This document shows positions 25,149 through 31,926 of a stretch of DNA of 36,809 nt, in pieces (positions within the stretch are counted from its first letter, which is position 1; each line of letters starts with the position of its first letter). The position numbers and the translations under genes are program-made. Origin of the DNA: a virus; the IMG/VR virus record IMGVR_UViG_3300020109_000004; one strand, given 5' to 3'. Below the pieces are notes generated by a model. That model had not been told where the DNA came from. It saw only the letters and a program-made list of their open reading frames with translations, and did not search any database.

Positions 25149-25186
25149 AACGCCCGCCCGGATCGCCGAGGCGGGCGTTCTGCTGT
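25149..25186 (+). terminator. hairpin after rep
   Basis: AACGCCCGCC / GGCGGGCGTT stem followed by a weak T tract (TTCTGCTG). Confidence 0.4.
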
Positions 25187-25209
25187 CGAGCTGGGCGAGC
25201 TGGCCGGCA

Positions 25210-25242
25210 TGAGAAAGCCCGCCTCGATCTGATCGGGCGGGC
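25210..25242 (-). terminator. terminator of the leftward early operon
   Basis: On the minus strand, GCCCGCC-N12-GGCGGGC followed by TTTCTC. Located between the convergent rep and Lar-like genes. Confidence 0.5.
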
Positions 25243-25265
25243 GCTGTCTTGTGTGGCGGTTCTGC

Positions 25266-25589
25266 TTATTGGGGCCAGTGCAACCGGACGCTAAGGGTCG
25301 CGCCGCTTTTGCCGGCTGGTCGGTTTGGGTCGCGCGCGGCGACCTTGGCGACCTTTTCAATCGCTGCGTCTAGGTCCGCGCGCCAAGCGGCGTGCGCGCG
25401 CTGATCCGGGCCGGGCGGCGGCGCGTTGCGGGGCAGGCTTGCCCATTTTTGGGCGGCGGTCGCGGTCGCGTCGGCATAGGGGCCGCGCGCGCCGCATGTG
25501 CTGCAAATGATTTGATCGCGCCCGTCTATCCGGGCCGAGAATGGGCCGAGGGTCGAGGCGCAGGCGGGGCAGGGGTCAAGGGGGCTCAT
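25266..25589 (-). CDS. Lar-like zinc-ribbon protein (restriction-alleviation family pattern) with C-terminal extension
   Basis: MSPLDPCPACAS....IICSTCGARGPYADATATAAQKWASLPR fits the CPFCG...C..C.a.GP....A...WN.R pattern recalled for Lar. The start overlaps the upstream stop (ATGA). Confidence 0.45.
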   Translation of the reverse strand: MSPLDPCPACASTLGPFSARIDGRDQIICSTCGARGPYADATATAAQKWASLPRNAPPPGPDQRAHAAWRADLDAAIEKVAKVAARDPNRPAGKSGATLSVRLHWPQ

Positions 25590-25753
25590 GCGATCACCTG
25601 CGCCGGATCGCCCGACCATGTGCCGCCGAGGGCGCGGCGAACCTGCGCCCGCCCGGCGGGGTCGAGCCCGAGAAAGGTTCCGACCTGAGGGCCGTTCCGA
25701 CCGTCGAGGATCGCGACGAGGGCGCCGGGCGCCGGCATCGGGGCGGCGGTCAT
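25586..25753 (-). CDS. hypothetical 55-aa protein
   Basis: MTAAPMPAPGALVAILDGRNGPQVGTFLGLDPAGRAQVRRALGGTWSGDPAQVIA, with ATGA overlaps at both ends. The longer annotated ORF is an Arg-rich artefact. Confidence 0.45.
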   Translation of the reverse strand: MTAAPMPAPGALVAILDGRNGPQVGTFLGLDPAGRAQVRRALGGTWSGDPAQVIA

Positions 25754-25920
25754 GCGCCGACCGCGCGCAAGATCACGGCGACCATCGCCGGCAGCTCGAC
25801 AAGGTAATGAAAGGCGCAGGCTGCGAAAAGCGCGGTCATGCCGATGATCCGCAGGGCGAGCGGGGCCGGCTTGTGCGGGCCGCGAGGGGCGCGGATGGCG
25901 GCGCGGGTGTAGCTGTCCAT
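25750..25920 (-). CDS. hypothetical 56-aa membrane protein
   Basis: Not in the ORF track. MDSYTRAAIRAPRGPHKPAPLALRIIGMTALFAACAFHYLVELPAMVAVILRAVGA. AGGA Shine-Dalgarno 9 nt upstream. Confidence 0.45.
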   Translation of the reverse strand: MDSYTRAAIRAPRGPHKPAPLALRIIGMTALFAACAFHYLVELPAMVAVILRAVGA

Positions 25921-25991
25921 TTGGGGCGTTCCTTAGTCCTGGGCGATTTCTGTCATCGGGGGCGGGCGCCCTGATCCGGGCGCCCTGAGGG

Positions 25992-26435
25992 TTACTTGCG
26001 GGCGATTGCGGCGCGGATAACGGCGATGGCGTCGGCGTATTCGATGCCTTGGGGCGTCGCCGCCTCGATTTCGGCAAGGTCTTTGCGGATCGCGGCGAGA
26101 TAGCCCTCGCTCGCGTCGCGGGTGAGGCAATGCTCAAAATGCGCTTTCTCGCGGGCGATGACGCGCTCGCCGACCTTGAGGGCGGCGGCGGCGGCCTCGG
26201 CGTCGGTCATGCGGGGGAAGGTTCCGCCGAAATCGTCGCCGAGCTTGGGGGCGAAATGGCGGCCCATTTCCTCGCCGGTCGCGGCGTCGGTCAAAACCAT
26301 CTGTTTTTTGCCGCAGCTATACACGACGGCGTGACGGTAGGTCGCGGCGCCCTTGCGGTTCCAGTCTTGAATGAACGTCACGGCGTCGCCCTTTTTGAAA
26401 GCGGGGCGGGCGGCGGCGGTGCGGGTTGCGGTCAT
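25992..26435 (-). CDS. hypothetical 147-aa protein, first gene of the leftward early operon
   Basis: Balanced composition with Lys, Glu and Phe present, unlike the antisense artefacts. GAGGAAA Shine-Dalgarno. No motif recognised. Confidence 0.6.
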   Translation of the reverse strand: MTATRTAAARPAFKKGDAVTFIQDWNRKGAATYRHAVVYSCGKKQMVLTDAATGEEMGRHFAPKLGDDFGGTFPRMTDAEAAAAALKVGERVIAREKAHFEHCLTRDASEGYLAAIRKDLAEIEAATPQGIEYADAIAVIRAAIARK

Positions 26436-26488
26436 GGTCTGGTTTCCTCGATCTGCGGGCCGGGCGGTGCGCCGGCCTTCTGATCCTG

Positions 26489-26517
26489 TTTATACGGAAA
26501 GCGGATAACGCCGTCAA
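26489..26517 (-). promoter_or_regulatory. PL-like leftward promoter TTGACG-N17-TATAAA
   Basis: On the minus strand, -35 = 26517..26512 and -10 = 26494..26489 with an exact 17-bp spacer. About 47 nt upstream of ATG 26435. Confidence 0.55.
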
Positions 26518-26533
26518 TACGGAAAACGGATAA
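26492..26533 (+). promoter_or_regulatory. two 17-bp operators ATACGGAAA[G/A]CGGATAA, 25 bp apart
   Basis: 26492-26508 overlaps the spacer and -10; 26517-26533 overlaps the -35. The two copies are 16/17 identical to each other and to 14901-14917. Confidence 0.65.
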
Positions 26534-26565
26534 GGGCGCCCCGATTTCGCGGGGCGCCCTTTGTT
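26534..26565. terminator. hairpin terminator after the cI-like/Fis-HTH transcription unit
   Basis: Perfect 10-bp stem GGGCGCCCCG / CGGGGCGCCC with a 6-nt loop. T-rich on both sides (TTTGTT on plus, TTATCCGTTTTCC on minus). Confidence 0.5.
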
Positions 26566-26585
26566 CCGTGGTGGGCGGCAAGGGT

Positions 26586-26792
26586 CTAGGGCCGGGCCGC
26601 AACTGTCAAGCTAAGGCGGGAAACCCGCTCGCGAAACGTGTTGTAGCTCATGCCGGCGAGCTTCGCGGCTTTGCTTTGATTGAACCGAGTAACCGTCAAA
26701 ACGTGGGCCATATAGTGTTCTTCTAGGGTCTTTTGCGCCTGAGCAAAGGTCAGGCCGTCAAGGTTGATTGTCAAAGCTGCCGCGTTCTGCAT
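26586..26792 (-). CDS. Fis/NtrC-C-terminal-type HTH DNA-binding protein
   Basis: 68 aa ending ...LEEHYMAHVLTVTRFNQSKAAKLAGMSYNTFRERVSRL, the HTH_8 pattern (gNqs.AA..LG.s..T...k). Confidence 0.65.
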   Translation of the reverse strand: MQNAAALTINLDGLTFAQAQKTLEEHYMAHVLTVTRFNQSKAAKLAGMSYNTFRERVSRLSLTVAARP

Positions 26793-26810
26793 TGCCGTTT
26801 TTTCCGTGCC

Positions 26811-27395
26811 TTAGGCGAGCGTGCCGATCCGAGTCACAATTTCGCCGATGATTTCAATGTCCGGGCTTTGCTTCATGTCGTGCCGCAAAAGCCCGTCGCA
26901 GTCTGGTCCGATGAGGTAGGGGTCGAGGTAAAGCCGAACCTCGAAACCCGAGGCGCGGCCCTTGTTCCAGATGACAACCGGCCCGGCTTTGGCCGGTTGT
27001 CCCGAGGTCTTGGCGATCAGAATGTCGCCGGGGTGCAACCGGATCGGGTGCAGCGAATAACCGGCCCGCGCCCGAAAGATGCGCCGGGGCGCATCGGTCG
27101 CGGGCGCGAGCTGGACGCCGCAGGCGGCGAGGGCTGTCGCCGCCGCCGTTTCGTCGATTTCCTCAAGCCGGCTTGCGTCGGCTTGGGGATCGACCCCGAT
27201 CAGCGTCACAAGATCGACGTCGAGGGCGTCGGCGATCTTTGACAGGGTTTCGATGCCGGTCGAGCGGCCCGAGGCGGCCTCAAGTTCGCTGACGGTGGCC
27301 TTTGCTATGCCCGCCCGCCGGGCGAGTTCGCTTTGCGAAAATCCGCGATCCTCGCGGATGGTCCTGACGGCGGCGGCTATTATCTTATTGGGCAT
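26811..27395 (-). CDS. CI-like repressor: XRE HTH plus S24/LexA-like C-terminal domain
   Basis: The N-terminus RGFSQSELARRAGIAKATVSELE is an XRE HTH. The C-terminal GYSLHPIRLHPGDILIA...VVIWNK...EVRLY resembles the S24 fold, but the usual Lys position looks like Arg. No Shine-Dalgarno before the ATG. Confidence 0.7.
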   Translation of the reverse strand: MPNKIIAAAVRTIREDRGFSQSELARRAGIAKATVSELEAASGRSTGIETLSKIADALDVDLVTLIGVDPQADASRLEEIDETAAATALAACGVQLAPATDAPRRIFRARAGYSLHPIRLHPGDILIAKTSGQPAKAGPVVIWNKGRASGFEVRLYLDPYLIGPDCDGLLRHDMKQSPDIEIIGEIVTRIGTLA

Positions 27396-27417
27396 ATTGA
27401 CACGCGCTTAGGTTGAT

Positions 27418-27603
27418 TTCCGCCGACGACGGAACATCTAACGGTTTTCCGGCGTTTAGCAACATTTTTCGATCATTCCGGCGAACGCTTTGTTCGGCGC
27501 ATAAACCCGAAAGGCGGACAATCCGCGCAAGGGGTTTAGGCGGCATGAGAAAATCACAAGAGCGTTTGTCTGGTAACAAGTTCGGCGTTCGGAATATCGA
27601 ACG
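27418..27603. promoter_or_regulatory. set of dyad symmetries in the divergent cI-like / rightward-early intergenic region
   Basis: TTCCGCCGACGACGGAA (27418-27434), CGAAC-GCTTT-GTTCG (27482-27496), GCGGA-CAA-TCCGC (27514-27526), CGTTCG-GAATAT-CGAACG (27586-27603). Confidence 0.45.
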
Positions 27604-27621
27604 CCCGGCGGGGTTGCTGTG

Positions 27622-27957
27622 ATGCTGGATCACGTCAAACCCTCGATCTGTCTCGATATTCTTAACCATGCCGCCGCCGGTCGCGGCGTCTGCGTTCGGC
27701 GGATTTCCGCCAAGCATGAAACCAAGCTTTCGGACCTTCTCGGCGCGCTGGCCGATTTGACGCTCGCCGGGGTGATCCGGTGCGAAACAACGGCGGTCGC
27801 GGGGTTCGTTTCTTTGGCCCTCGGGCCTAAGGCTGTGCAAGCTGTTTTCCTTTTCGCGCTGAATTGTGATGACGCCGGCGCGCTGCCGACGTCGGGTCAA
27901 CTGGCTGACTGTGCAGTCAATCCGGCAATCGAGTCGAGCGTCGAGGCGGGTTCCTGA
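27622..27957 (+). CDS. putative winged-helix early regulator (Cro position)
   Basis: First rightward gene opposite the repressor. ICLDILNHAAAGRGVCVRRISAKHETKLSDLLGALADLTLAGVI looks like a wHTH. GTG 27619 is an alternative start. Confidence 0.4.
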   Translation: MLDHVKPSICLDILNHAAAGRGVCVRRISAKHETKLSDLLGALADLTLAGVIRCETTAVAGFVSLALGPKAVQAVFLFALNCDDAGALPTSGQLADCAVNPAIESSVEAGS

Positions 27958-28370
27958 TGGCCGCTGATTTCGGTTTCGCGATCCGCCGGGCAGATTTGCC
28001 GCGCGTCAACGCCCTGCGCCTTGCGATGGGTGCGGATTTCTGGCCGGCGGCGGCCTTTGCTGTCTTTGACGCCGCCCGCCGGTGCGATCCTCTGGCCTTT
28101 GATACGCTAGCGCCGGCGGTGATCGACGCGGCCTTGACTGCCGCCAAGTCGCGCGGCTTTGCCCGGCTCTTGCCGATGGCGGTTCGGGTTCAGCAAGAAA
28201 ACGCCGATCCTGAGGTCGTGGCGTATCTTGAGCTGGTCCAGAAACGGCACGGCTTGCCCTCGGCGCGCGTCGCCGCGCTGGCGATCCTTGCCGAGTGGGC
28301 CGCCGATCCTGCCGGATGGCGCGGCGGCGATCTTTTCGCCGAGCTGGCCGGCTTGCGGGTGGCGGCATGA
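27957..28370 (+). CDS. hypothetical protein
   Basis: 137-aa ORF with TGATG and ATGA coupling to its neighbours. No motif recognised. Confidence 0.45.
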   Translation: MAADFGFAIRRADLPRVNALRLAMGADFWPAAAFAVFDAARRCDPLAFDTLAPAVIDAALTAAKSRGFARLLPMAVRVQQENADPEVVAYLELVQKRHGLPSARVAALAILAEWAADPAGWRGGDLFAELAGLRVAA

Positions 28371-28609
28371 GCGCCGGGCGGTGCGATGACCGGCGGCCTT
28401 TCGGGCTGCTGGACCTGCCGGCGGGCGCGGTCGGCGCTGATCGCTTTGCCGCGCGCGGGGCGAGCTATCGCTTGGGGGCGATGCTGGCAATGTGGCGCAG
28501 CGATGCCGCCGAGGCGCGGGGCGATCACGCCGCCGCCTGCGAGGCTGCGGCGCTGGCCGTGCGCTGGCATGGCCGCGCCGAGCTGTCCGATTTCCGGGCG
28601 GCGCTGTGA
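28367..28609 (+). CDS. hypothetical protein
   Basis: 80 aa from ATG 28367 (ATGA overlap upstream, TGATG overlap downstream). Confidence 0.4.
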   Translation: MSAGRCDDRRPFGLLDLPAGAVGADRFAARGASYRLGAMLAMWRSDAAEARGDHAAACEAAALAVRWHGRAELSDFRAAL

Positions 28610-29157
28610 TGCCGGCTTGTGCAATCCCTGCCGAGGCGGTCGCGCCCTTGCTGGCCGAAATGCGCGGCGGGCTGACGGCGACCGCCGCCGGGCGGCGCTA
28701 TGACGCGACACGTTCGTCGGTTTATCGGGCGGCGGAACGCCTCGGGCTCGACGCCCGGCTCGGCAAGCGTCCCGATCTGGGCGAGCTGCGGCGCGAGGTC
28801 GAGGATATGCCGGCGACAAAGGCGGTCGCGTTCTTGCTCGATCTGGTCGAAATCGCTTTTCCCGAGTGTGACGCCGCCGAGCTGGTGCCGCTGACCGGCG
28901 CGGGGTTCACGCTCGCGCAATCGCGGATTTTGGCGATCCTGTGCGACCGGCCCGGTCGCGCCATGACGCATGAGGCTATCGCCGCCCGAGCTGCGGTCGG
29001 TGCCGACGCAATCTCGCCCGAGGTTCTAAAGGTTCACGTTTGCCGCATCCGCAAGAGGCTGCGCGCCTTGGGCTGGCCGGTCGAGCTGGTCACGGTTTGG
29101 GGCTTCGGTTTCCGTCTCGACATTTTGCAAGAGGGTTGGTCATGGGCCGCCGTTTGA
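28609..29157 (+). CDS. DNA-binding regulator: N-terminal HTH plus OmpR/PhoB-type winged-helix, no receiver domain
   Basis: C-terminus FTLAQSRILAILCDRPGRAMTHEAI....VLKVHVCRIRKRLRALGWPVELVTVWGFGFRL matches the Trans_reg_C pattern. N-terminal GRRYDATRSSVYRAAERLGL looks like an HTH. Confidence 0.65.
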   Translation: MPACAIPAEAVAPLLAEMRGGLTATAAGRRYDATRSSVYRAAERLGLDARLGKRPDLGELRREVEDMPATKAVAFLLDLVEIAFPECDAAELVPLTGAGFTLAQSRILAILCDRPGRAMTHEAIAARAAVGADAISPEVLKVHVCRIRKRLRALGWPVELVTVWGFGFRLDILQEGWSWAAV

Positions 29158-29792
29158 AATCCGAAACTGACCTCGCCCTCGACCGCCTTGCGCTGACGGT
29201 GCTGCGGCGCCTGTGCGAGCCTGGCGCGGTTCTGGGGATGGCGCCCGGCGGATCGGTCGCCGTGGTCGCCCGCCGGTCGATTGTTTACCGGCAGGACGCC
29301 CCGCCGGCGCCCGAGGTCCGGTCGATCTGCCGATTTGACGCCGCCTCGGCGCTGGCCTTCATCGCGCGGGGCTGGATCGAGCAACGCCCCGGCGGAACGC
29401 GGGCCTTGCGCTATGGCATCACGCCCGAGGGGCGGGCGGCCCTCGACCGCCTGATCGGCGCGCGGCAGGCGGAACGGGCGGCGCCGGCGGCGCCCTTGGC
29501 GGATCGCCTCGGCGCCCTGCGGCGCCACGACGGCGGGCCGCTGCTTTGGCCGCATGAAATCGCGTTCGCGGTCGATTGGGCGGCGGGCGCGGCGATGGTG
29601 CCGGGCGATGCTGGGCGCATCCTTTCCGACCTCGCCGCCGAGCGGGGGCCGGTGGTCGCCCGGATCGCGCGCGGCGTGCTGCTTTCCGGCCTGCCCTTGG
29701 GCGCAATCGCCCGGCGCGAGGGGATCGCCCCGGCGGCGGTGCGGCGCCTGACGGCGACCGCCGTGCGGCGTCTTGGGGCCGGCCTTGTCTGA
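29142..29792 (+). CDS. putative DNA-binding protein (MarR-like wHTH plus sigma70 region-4/LuxR-like C-terminal HTH)
   Basis: FIARGWIEQRPGGTRALRYGITPEGRAALDRL and C-terminal LPLGAIARREGIAPAAVRRLTATAVRRLG. GAGGG Shine-Dalgarno before ATG 29142. Confidence 0.5.
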   Translation: MGRRLKSETDLALDRLALTVLRRLCEPGAVLGMAPGGSVAVVARRSIVYRQDAPPAPEVRSICRFDAASALAFIARGWIEQRPGGTRALRYGITPEGRAALDRLIGARQAERAAPAAPLADRLGALRRHDGGPLLWPHEIAFAVDWAAGAAMVPGDAGRILSDLAAERGPVVARIARGVLLSGLPLGAIARREGIAPAAVRRLTATAVRRLGAGLV

Positions 29793-30178
29793 TGACCGAG
29801 GCGGCGTCGAGACCTAAGCGGATGCGAAAGCCGCGCCTTTGCGACGCCTGCCTTTCGGCGCCTTGGCCGGCTTTCGGCGTGGGCTGTCCCGGCTCGGCGC
29901 GGGATGCGCCGCCCGAGGTCCGGTCGGTCTATCTGTGGCATTGCGGCGCCCCGGCCTGCGAGGCGGATTGCCGCGCGCGGTTCGCCGCAAAGCTGCGGGA
30001 AATCGGCCGATTTGACCTCGCCGCAAAAGTCCTGGGCGAGACTTTCCGCCCGGTTGCCGAGGCGCCCAGCTCGCCCAGCTCGCCCAGCTCGCCCGGCGCC
30101 GTCAAGGTCGCCCGCCGCCTTTCAAAGCCTCGCCTTGTCGCGCCTGTCGCCGGGCAGGGCGCCTTATTTGGAGTCTGA
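29792..30178 (+). CDS. hypothetical Cys-rich protein with (SSP)3 repeat
   Basis: 128 aa with a CDAC..C...C..C..C pattern. Contains three copies of the 9-bp repeat CCCAGCTCG at 30065-30091. TGATG coupling. Confidence 0.45.
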   Translation: MTEAASRPKRMRKPRLCDACLSAPWPAFGVGCPGSARDAPPEVRSVYLWHCGAPACEADCRARFAAKLREIGRFDLAAKVLGETFRPVAEAPSSPSSPSSPGAVKVARRLSKPRLVAPVAGQGALFGV

Positions 30179-30181
30179 CCG

Positions 30182-30745
30182 ATGGTCCCGTTTCCCGATT
30201 TCAACGCCGCCTCGACCTCGATTGCCACGTCGAGCGGTTATCTTGACCTTGCCGCCCCGCGCCCCGATCAAATCGACCTTGGCGACATTGCCCTCGCGCT
30301 GTCCTGGTTGCCTCGGTTTACGGGTCACGGCGCCGGGGTCGTGACCGTCGCCCGACATTCGGTCAACTGCTATCTTGAGGCGCGCGCGCGCGGCCTGACG
30401 CATGAGGTTTGCCGGCTGGCGCTGATGCACGACGCCGCCGAGGCGTATGTCGGCGACGTCTCGCGACCGCTCAAGGATATGTTGCCGGGGTTTGCGCGGA
30501 TCGAGGCGCGGGTCTGGCGCGCGATTTGCGCCCGGTTCAACATCACGGCGACCGCCGAGCAAAAGGCGGCGGTCAAGGAAATCGACAACCTCGCGCTTGC
30601 AACCGAGGCGCGCGAGCTGTTCCCGATGCACGCGCCTTGGCCGGGGTTCCCGGCGTCGGGCTTTGCCGGGTGCTATGATCTGGCCGGGCGGTTGCCGGAT
30701 CGCGCGGCGTTTCTGATGTGCGCGAGCGTGGCGGGCGTTGAATGA
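30182..30745 (+). CDS. HD-domain phosphohydrolase (YfbR-like 5'-deoxynucleotidase pattern)
   Basis: IALALSWLPRFTGH....VARHS....LALMHDAAEAYVGDVSRPLK....KEIDNLALATE contains the H..HD..D metal-binding pattern. Confidence 0.7.
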   Translation: MVPFPDFNAASTSIATSSGYLDLAAPRPDQIDLGDIALALSWLPRFTGHGAGVVTVARHSVNCYLEARARGLTHEVCRLALMHDAAEAYVGDVSRPLKDMLPGFARIEARVWRAICARFNITATAEQKAAVKEIDNLALATEARELFPMHAPWPGFPASGFAGCYDLAGRLPDRAAFLMCASVAGVE

Positions 30746-31926
30746 CAACCCTGTCGGCAAAGGTCAAAGGCGAGGTTTCAATTCGTCAGCTCGCCGAGCG
30801 TTTCGGGGTCGCATGGGATCTAGGAAAGTCGCGCCCGGCGCGGGGCGACTATTGGGCGGCTTGCCCGTTTCACGGCGAAAAAACGTCATCCTTGCATCTG
30901 GTCGAGCCCGGCGGCGTCGGCGGCTGGTTCCGCTGTTTCGGGTGCGAGGCTAAGGGCTCGGCGGTCGATTTCTATATCGCGGCCTATGGCGGGACGCCCC
31001 GCGCCGCGCTCAAGGCGTTGGCCGATGGCGCCGGGATCGAGCGCGAGGAAAGCCCGGAACGCCGGGCCGCCCGCGAGGCGAAAATCGCCGGCGATCTGGC
31101 GCGGCAGGAACGCGAGGCCGCCCGCGAGGCCGCCCGAAACCTGCGGCGGGCGCGCAATATCTGGTCGAATAGCCTGCCGGCGTCCGATCCTCGGGCGGCG
31201 ATGCTGCCGGCCTATCTGCGCGCGCGTGGAATTGACCTCGACGCCCTCGGCGGCGTGCCGGCGACGCTGCGGTTTCATCCGGCCTTGCGCTATCCGACGC
31301 CGGGCGGGGCCGTCGAGGTCGGGCCGGCGATGGTCGCCGCGATTGGCACGGCGGGCGACTTTCGCGGGGTTCATAGAACATGGATCACGCCCGAGGGCCG
31401 CGCCCGGTTGCCGGGCGGCGCCAAGGTGCCGAAAGCATGGCTCGGCGAGACGGGGCGCGTCTATGGCTCGCCGGTGCGCCTGTCGCCCTTGTCCGATTGC
31501 GTCATCGTCGGCGAGGGGATCGAGACGACGCTCGCGGCGCTGGCCGCAATGTGGCGCAAGGGCCGGCGGCACTGGTGCGCCGAGGCCGCGCTTTCGCTTG
31601 GCGCCTTGGCCGGCCCTGCCGATCCGGCGGGACGCGGGCCGCAGCTCGGCGCGAACGGCGAGCCCTTGCCCTCGGCGCTGCCCGACCGCTCGCCCGACAA
31701 GGGCGCCGGGTGGATGCCGAGCGCCGTCGCCGGTGCGGATCGCCCGCGCCGCCTGCTGATCTTGGGCGAGGGCTCGGCGCGCTGCCCGGCATCCGCCGAG
31801 CGTCACGGGCGCCGCGCCCTGTCGAAACTGTTGCAATCCGCCGACCGGGCAAAGCTGGTCGTGCCGTTGCGAGATTGGGCCGCCGGGCTCGATTTCGCCG
31901 ATCTGGCCGAAATGGGGAAAATATGA
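30742..31926 (+). CDS. DNA primase: zf-CHC2 zinc finger plus Toprim-like domain
   Basis: CPFHGEKTSSLHLV...FRCFGCEAKGSAVDF (CHC2) and VIVGEGIETTLAA (Toprim-like acidic motif). ATGA overlaps at both ends. Confidence 0.8.
   Translation: MTTLSAKVKGEVSIRQLAERFGVAWDLGKSRPARGDYWAACPFHGEKTSSLHLVEPGGVGGWFRCFGCEAKGSAVDFYIAAYGGTPRAALKALADGAGIEREESPERRAAREAKIAGDLARQEREAAREAARNLRRARNIWSNSLPASDPRAAMLPAYLRARGIDLDALGGVPATLRFHPALRYPTPGGAVEVGPAMVAAIGTAGDFRGVHRTWITPEGRARLPGGAKVPKAWLGETGRVYGSPVRLSPLSDCVIVGEGIETTLAALAAMWRKGRRHWCAEAALSLGALAGPADPAGRGPQLGANGEPLPSALPDRSPDKGAGWMPSAVAGADRPRRLLILGEGSARCPASAERHGRRALSKLLQSADRAKLVVPLRDWAAGLDFADLAEMGKI

Noticed and set aside
27413-27622. 69-aa TTG-initiated ORF in the repressor/Cro-side intergenic region.
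   Set aside because: It has an unusual start, no Shine-Dalgarno and poor composition. It also spans all the dyad elements, so the region is more likely regulatory DNA. Confidence in this rejection is low.
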